Source of the DNA: Thermoplasmata archaeon | Lineage (GTDB): Archaea > Thermoplasmatota > Thermoplasmata > Thermoplasmatales > ARK-15 | Length of the DNA: 64,000 nucleotides | Direction of reading: 5' to 3' | Assembly (NCBI GenBank): GCA_039794005.1 | Contig: JBAMMA010000017.1 | Location: forward strand, 114,490 to 178,489 | Shown here: positions 60,430 to 64,000 of the stretch, piece after piece | Layout: the number at the start of each line of letters is the position of its first letter | Position numbering within the stretch: the stretch's first letter is position 1 | Notes under the pieces: generated by a model | What the model was told of the DNA's origin: nothing | The model's database searches: none | The model's input: only the letters and a program-made list of their open reading frames with translations | Made by a program: the position numbers and the translations under genes

Positions 60430-61323
60430 TTTTAGCTCACACGATTTGCATATTTCAGAAGTTGTTGGATCCCCACATATCTTGCATTTATTCAATTTAG
60501 TATTTTTATAATTTTTTTCCAAATTCCTCTTTATTTCATCATAAAAAGAGATAATTGAATGCCTGCTCCCCGGATGTCTAGATTCCCATAGATCCACGCA
60601 GTATCTAAAATCGTTTCTCAAAGCTCTGGATGCATAAGGACATTCTCCATGGTAAAATTTGATATTTTTTAAAATTGCATATAATAATACTTCCTTTTCT
60701 GGTATCATCCTCAATGGCTGAATTCTTGGAATTAAATCCTCTTTTATTAAATCGTGTGGTCCCAATCTTAATAATCTCTCGACATCACCCCTTACCATAT
60801 TCATTACGATGCTTTGAGCTGTATCATCAAGGTTCAAACCTGTCGCAACATAATTGGCCCTTAATTCCTTTGCTGCCATGTTTATAATTTTTCTCCTGAA
60901 TACACCGCAATATGTGCATGGAACCAATTCTCCATCAATTTTTGATGCCTCATCTATCGAATAACCGATATAATCCTTTATTTTATACACATGATGTTCT
61001 ACACCCAATTCTTTAACAAATTCTGATAGATATTTCAATGCAATGTCCCTATATCCCTCTATTCCCTCATCTACAGTTATGGCTATTATTTCCACGTCCT
61101 TTCTTACAGAAAATATCTTTTTCATTAAATATAACGCTACAGATGAATCCTTACCACCTGAAACTGCAACTGCAATTCTATCACCTTTTTTAATGTTTAC
61201 CTGTTTTCTAATTTCATGTTTCACTCTTTTTTCCAAGAAGTCTATAAAATGCTCCTTGCATAAATGCTCACCATTGTATCTTATGAATATCACGGCATCC
61301 CTTTCGCATCTATCACATTTCAT
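60403..61323 (-). CDS. ttuA: tRNA 2-thiolation protein (TtuA/Ncs6 family)
   Basis: CDRC..C..H, SGGKDS, PCTYCGVFRR, RIQPLR, CP, C-terminal CKICG..CKSC. Confidence 0.9.
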   Translation of the reverse strand: MKCDRCERDAVIFIRYNGEHLCKEHFIDFLEKRVKHEIRKQVNIKKGDRIAVAVSGGKDSSVALYLMKKIFSVRKDVEIIAITVDEGIEGYRDIALKYLSEFVKELGVEHHVYKIKDYIGYSIDEASKIDGELVPCTYCGVFRRKIINMAAKELRANYVATGLNLDDTAQSIVMNMVRGDVERLLRLGPHDLIKEDLIPRIQPLRMIPEKEVLLYAILKNIKFYHGECPYASRALRNDFRYCVDLWESRHPGSRHSIISFYDEIKRNLEKNYKNTKLNKCKICGDPTTSEICKSCELKLRLDALKH

Positions 61324-61366
61324 TAGAATTAAAAACATTAATATTTATTTATGATTTTCCAAAATT

Positions 61367-62083
61367 ATGGAAACTTCAACACCCACAGATTTCTCTAGAA
61401 TGGCGGAAGAGATACAAGATTTATTAAAAATGATAGGACTAACGGATTATGAAGCAAAGGCATTTCTGGCAGTTGTATATTTGGGAGGAAGCGATGCCGA
61501 AAATATTGCTCGTGTAGCTCAAATTCCAAGGACATCTTCTTACAAAGTTTTGGAATCATTGGAAGAAAAGGGATTAGTAATACCCGTTGAAGGGAAACCC
61601 AAGATATATAAGCCGAGAGATCTAAAAATTTTGGAGGAAGGATACGTAAGGAAGATCAAAGATCTATTTTCATATTTGAAACTTGCCCAGGAACTTTATG
61701 GAGAGAAGGGGGAGCCTCAAATTGTATATACGCTCTATGGAAAAAACAAGGTATTGCAAAAATTGGGAGAATTAATAGATAAAAGTGAAGAGGAAATATA
61801 CCTTTCTTCACCAAGGCTTCTTGATATTAAAAAAGCACTCTCTGAAAACATAAAAAGGGCATTGCAAAGAAACGTAGAGATTATAATTGTGACATCCAGA
61901 ACACAAAGGGCCCCTGCTGGAACAAAAGTTCATTACAGAGACTTTTTGATTGCCACAGATTTTGTATCAGATAGCAAGAGGGCTTTCATTGCAGATGCAG
62001 AACTAAATGCATGTGGTTTTACAGAAAATCCAGTGTTGGCCGAACACCTCAAACATTTTATAGAAATGTTGATGCATTTATAA
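61367..62083 (+). CDS. TrmB family transcriptional regulator
   Basis: GLTDYEAKAF, IPRTSSYKVLESLEEKG, GKPKIY. Confidence 0.9.
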   Translation: METSTPTDFSRMAEEIQDLLKMIGLTDYEAKAFLAVVYLGGSDAENIARVAQIPRTSSYKVLESLEEKGLVIPVEGKPKIYKPRDLKILEEGYVRKIKDLFSYLKLAQELYGEKGEPQIVYTLYGKNKVLQKLGELIDKSEEEIYLSSPRLLDIKKALSENIKRALQRNVEIIIVTSRTQRAPAGTKVHYRDFLIATDFVSDSKRAFIADAELNACGFTENPVLAEHLKHFIEMLMHL

Positions 62084-62096
62084 AAATTAAAAAATT

Positions 62097-63334
62097 TTAA
62101 ATTATATTTATTAACTGATATACTATGGGAGATCCTATGCCTGTTACTTCATCGTATCCTGTTGTTGCATAATAGTATCCATTATATCCGACAGTAATAT
62201 CATGGAATGCTATTGAATAGTTTGCGCTGCTGTATATGTTATATAAAATATTATGAACATTCTGTCCGTTAATTGTAGTTGTCCCCTTTATTGATTGAAT
62301 ATCTGCGAATATTGCAGCCCACTGTGGTGCCGCTGCACTTGTTCCACCTACCACAGCCCATCCATCTATTCCTTGATATGGCGTTGTATCATAAACCCAT
62401 ACCCCTGTATTTGGGTTTGCATCATATGAAACATCAGGAACGCCTCTACCAGGTAATGATATACCAGCATTTTTCTGGTATGAAGGCTCTGCGAAGTATT
62501 TGCTTATTCCTCCTCCAGAGTCGTTCCATGCATATTCTTCTGAATATACGGCATTTGTTGATGAAAGATCTGCTAGATAAAGTGTTGTTCCGCCTGCTCC
62601 CACAACATATGGGTCTGCAGATGGATAATCAACAGTGGGTGATGTTGTACTATCGTTTGCTCCATTATCCCCAGAAGCTCCGACAAGAATAACGCCGTGT
62701 TTTGAAGCATATTTAAAAACTGAATCATAACTAAACAGCTGTGAATTTGTTAGGAGGGATTCTGCCTCTCCCCATGACATTGATATGATGTTTGCATGAG
62801 TCACATTAACAGCATAATTAACAGCATCATTTATTAAATATGTGTTTGATGCTGATGGTGTTTCAATAAGAACGATATTTGCACCCGGTGCCATGGCATG
62901 CGCCCATTCCACATCCAACGAGGTTTCCAATGCCCAACCACCATTCTTTGAAACTTTACCAAAAGGTTGTACAACCGTTAGGTTTATTGGAGGAAGGTTG
63001 AAATATTTGTCAAAGTAATTTACGTCATTTACTATTGTTGGACTTCCATATGCGTCTATGATTGCTATGGTTATCCCTTTACCATACGAGGCCATATATG
63101 TTCCGTTTGAAGTATACTGGTAAGATTTCCATATCTGAATGGGAATATATCCCGGATATGTTGTTGGAGTCTTTGTGGTTCCCTTTGCATTCTTATTTGA
63201 TTTTTCTAAGATATACAGGAAAGGAATTGCATTTACACTGTAATGGTCTGATGTTATGGAATAGGTCAGGGATGTTATCGAAAAGAAAATTAGCATTGAA
63301 AAAATCGATAATACTAGGCCTTTTTAAAAAACAT
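62097..63334 (-). CDS. Exported S53 (sedolisin/kumamolisin-like) peptidase; signal peptide split by a one-base frameshift
   Basis: ETSLDVE (Glu/Asp), SGDNG, PDVS, GGTSAAAP (Ser). ATG at 63334 reads MFFKKA-stop, while the adjacent frame reads KGLVLSIFS into the ORF at 63296. Confidence 0.8.
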
Positions 63335-63640
63335 ATTGTACATATGATAACAAATGTCATAGAAATATTTTAATATTTTTAATTTAAAATTTTATCCCTA
63401 ACTCTTTATTTTTTTACGTAATATTTCTAGACTTATCGATAAATCCTGAACTAATTTTTTTGTCTTCACTGAATATCTCCTAAATTTTATAATCTTAAAT
63501 TTGTAAATCTTATTCCGGATAATATTAACAAAATATCTAGCACACCATATTTCCATCCAATATATTCAGCATTTAGAAATATAGGTATAACGATAAAAGA
63601 TTTAGAAACATATATAATGATATTTTATCTCCTAAATATG

Positions 63641-64000
63641 TTAATTTGTCAATAAGTTTGTGTAAGGTAAAGGATACTTCATATCAAACATTCTCATCAT
63701 ATTATCCTTACATATATTGAATTCAGGAAGATATCCCCTCTATATTTATTATTTTCCCCAATGATCCTCAGGTATATAATCTATCTAGCAGATCCTTCAT
63801 CCAACAGAGAATCTATTATCTTTATTCTTCTTCTGATCTCTTTGTTCAACAGTTCTATCATATTCGTAGATCTTATAGCTTTTCTCACCGTTTCAGATTA
63901 TTTTTAGTATTTCAGGTGAAGACCCAGTATTGTTTCTATTTTGTATACTTGCTTATGACTTTGCCAAGGAGGTATCCTTTCCTTTTACCAAAATTTACGG
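63641..64000 (-). mobile_element. IS256-family transposase pseudogene (3' end) with probable terminal repeat
   Basis: Minus strand reads LGLHLKY*K*SETVRKAIRSTNMIELLNKEIRRRIKIIDSLLDEGSAR*IIYLRI with in-frame stops; TGTCAATAAGTTTGTGTAA at 63647-63665 resembles IS256-type ends. Confidence 0.8.

Noticed and set aside
1140-63373. Many short track ORFs antisense to or nested in assigned genes (e.g. 5713-6273, 7955-8398, 12353-12946, 62279-62692)
   Set aside because: They are shadow frames of well-supported genes and show no recognisable motifs.
1-64000. CRISPR array, tRNA or rRNA genes
   Set aside because: No regularly spaced 24-47 bp repeats and no GC-rich cloverleaf or rRNA-like stretch found by eye, including around csx1 and cas6.

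Overview
AT-rich, gene-dense archaeal chromosomal segment, most consistent with Thermoplasmata (TFB, RpoF, L21e/L40e, TiaS, Pus10, AGT-EndoV fusion, thermopsin-type surface repeats). It holds a cobamide salvage and uptake cluster (cobS, cobT, cbiZ-like, cbiP, cobD, cbiB, btuFCD) with an unexplained radical SAM gene and a TPR gene inside it. The rest is housekeeping, tRNA-modification, NAD, polyamine and molybdopterin genes, stand-alone csx1 and cas6 with no CRISPR array, a DUF1611 + PP-loop pair, a racemase + lysine 6-aminotransferase pair, four apparently disrupted exported-protein genes and an IS256 relic at the right edge. The strongest candidate for an undescribed system is a five-gene minimal T4SS-like operon (VirB2-like, VirB6-like, PrgI/VirB3-like, small membrane protein, VirB4-like ATPase; 35563-39412). 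It has no relaxase or coupling protein and runs directly into the AGT-EndoV repair gene, which suggests a Ced/Ted-like DNA-exchange or import system. All family assignments come from motif recognition by eye; no database search was run.
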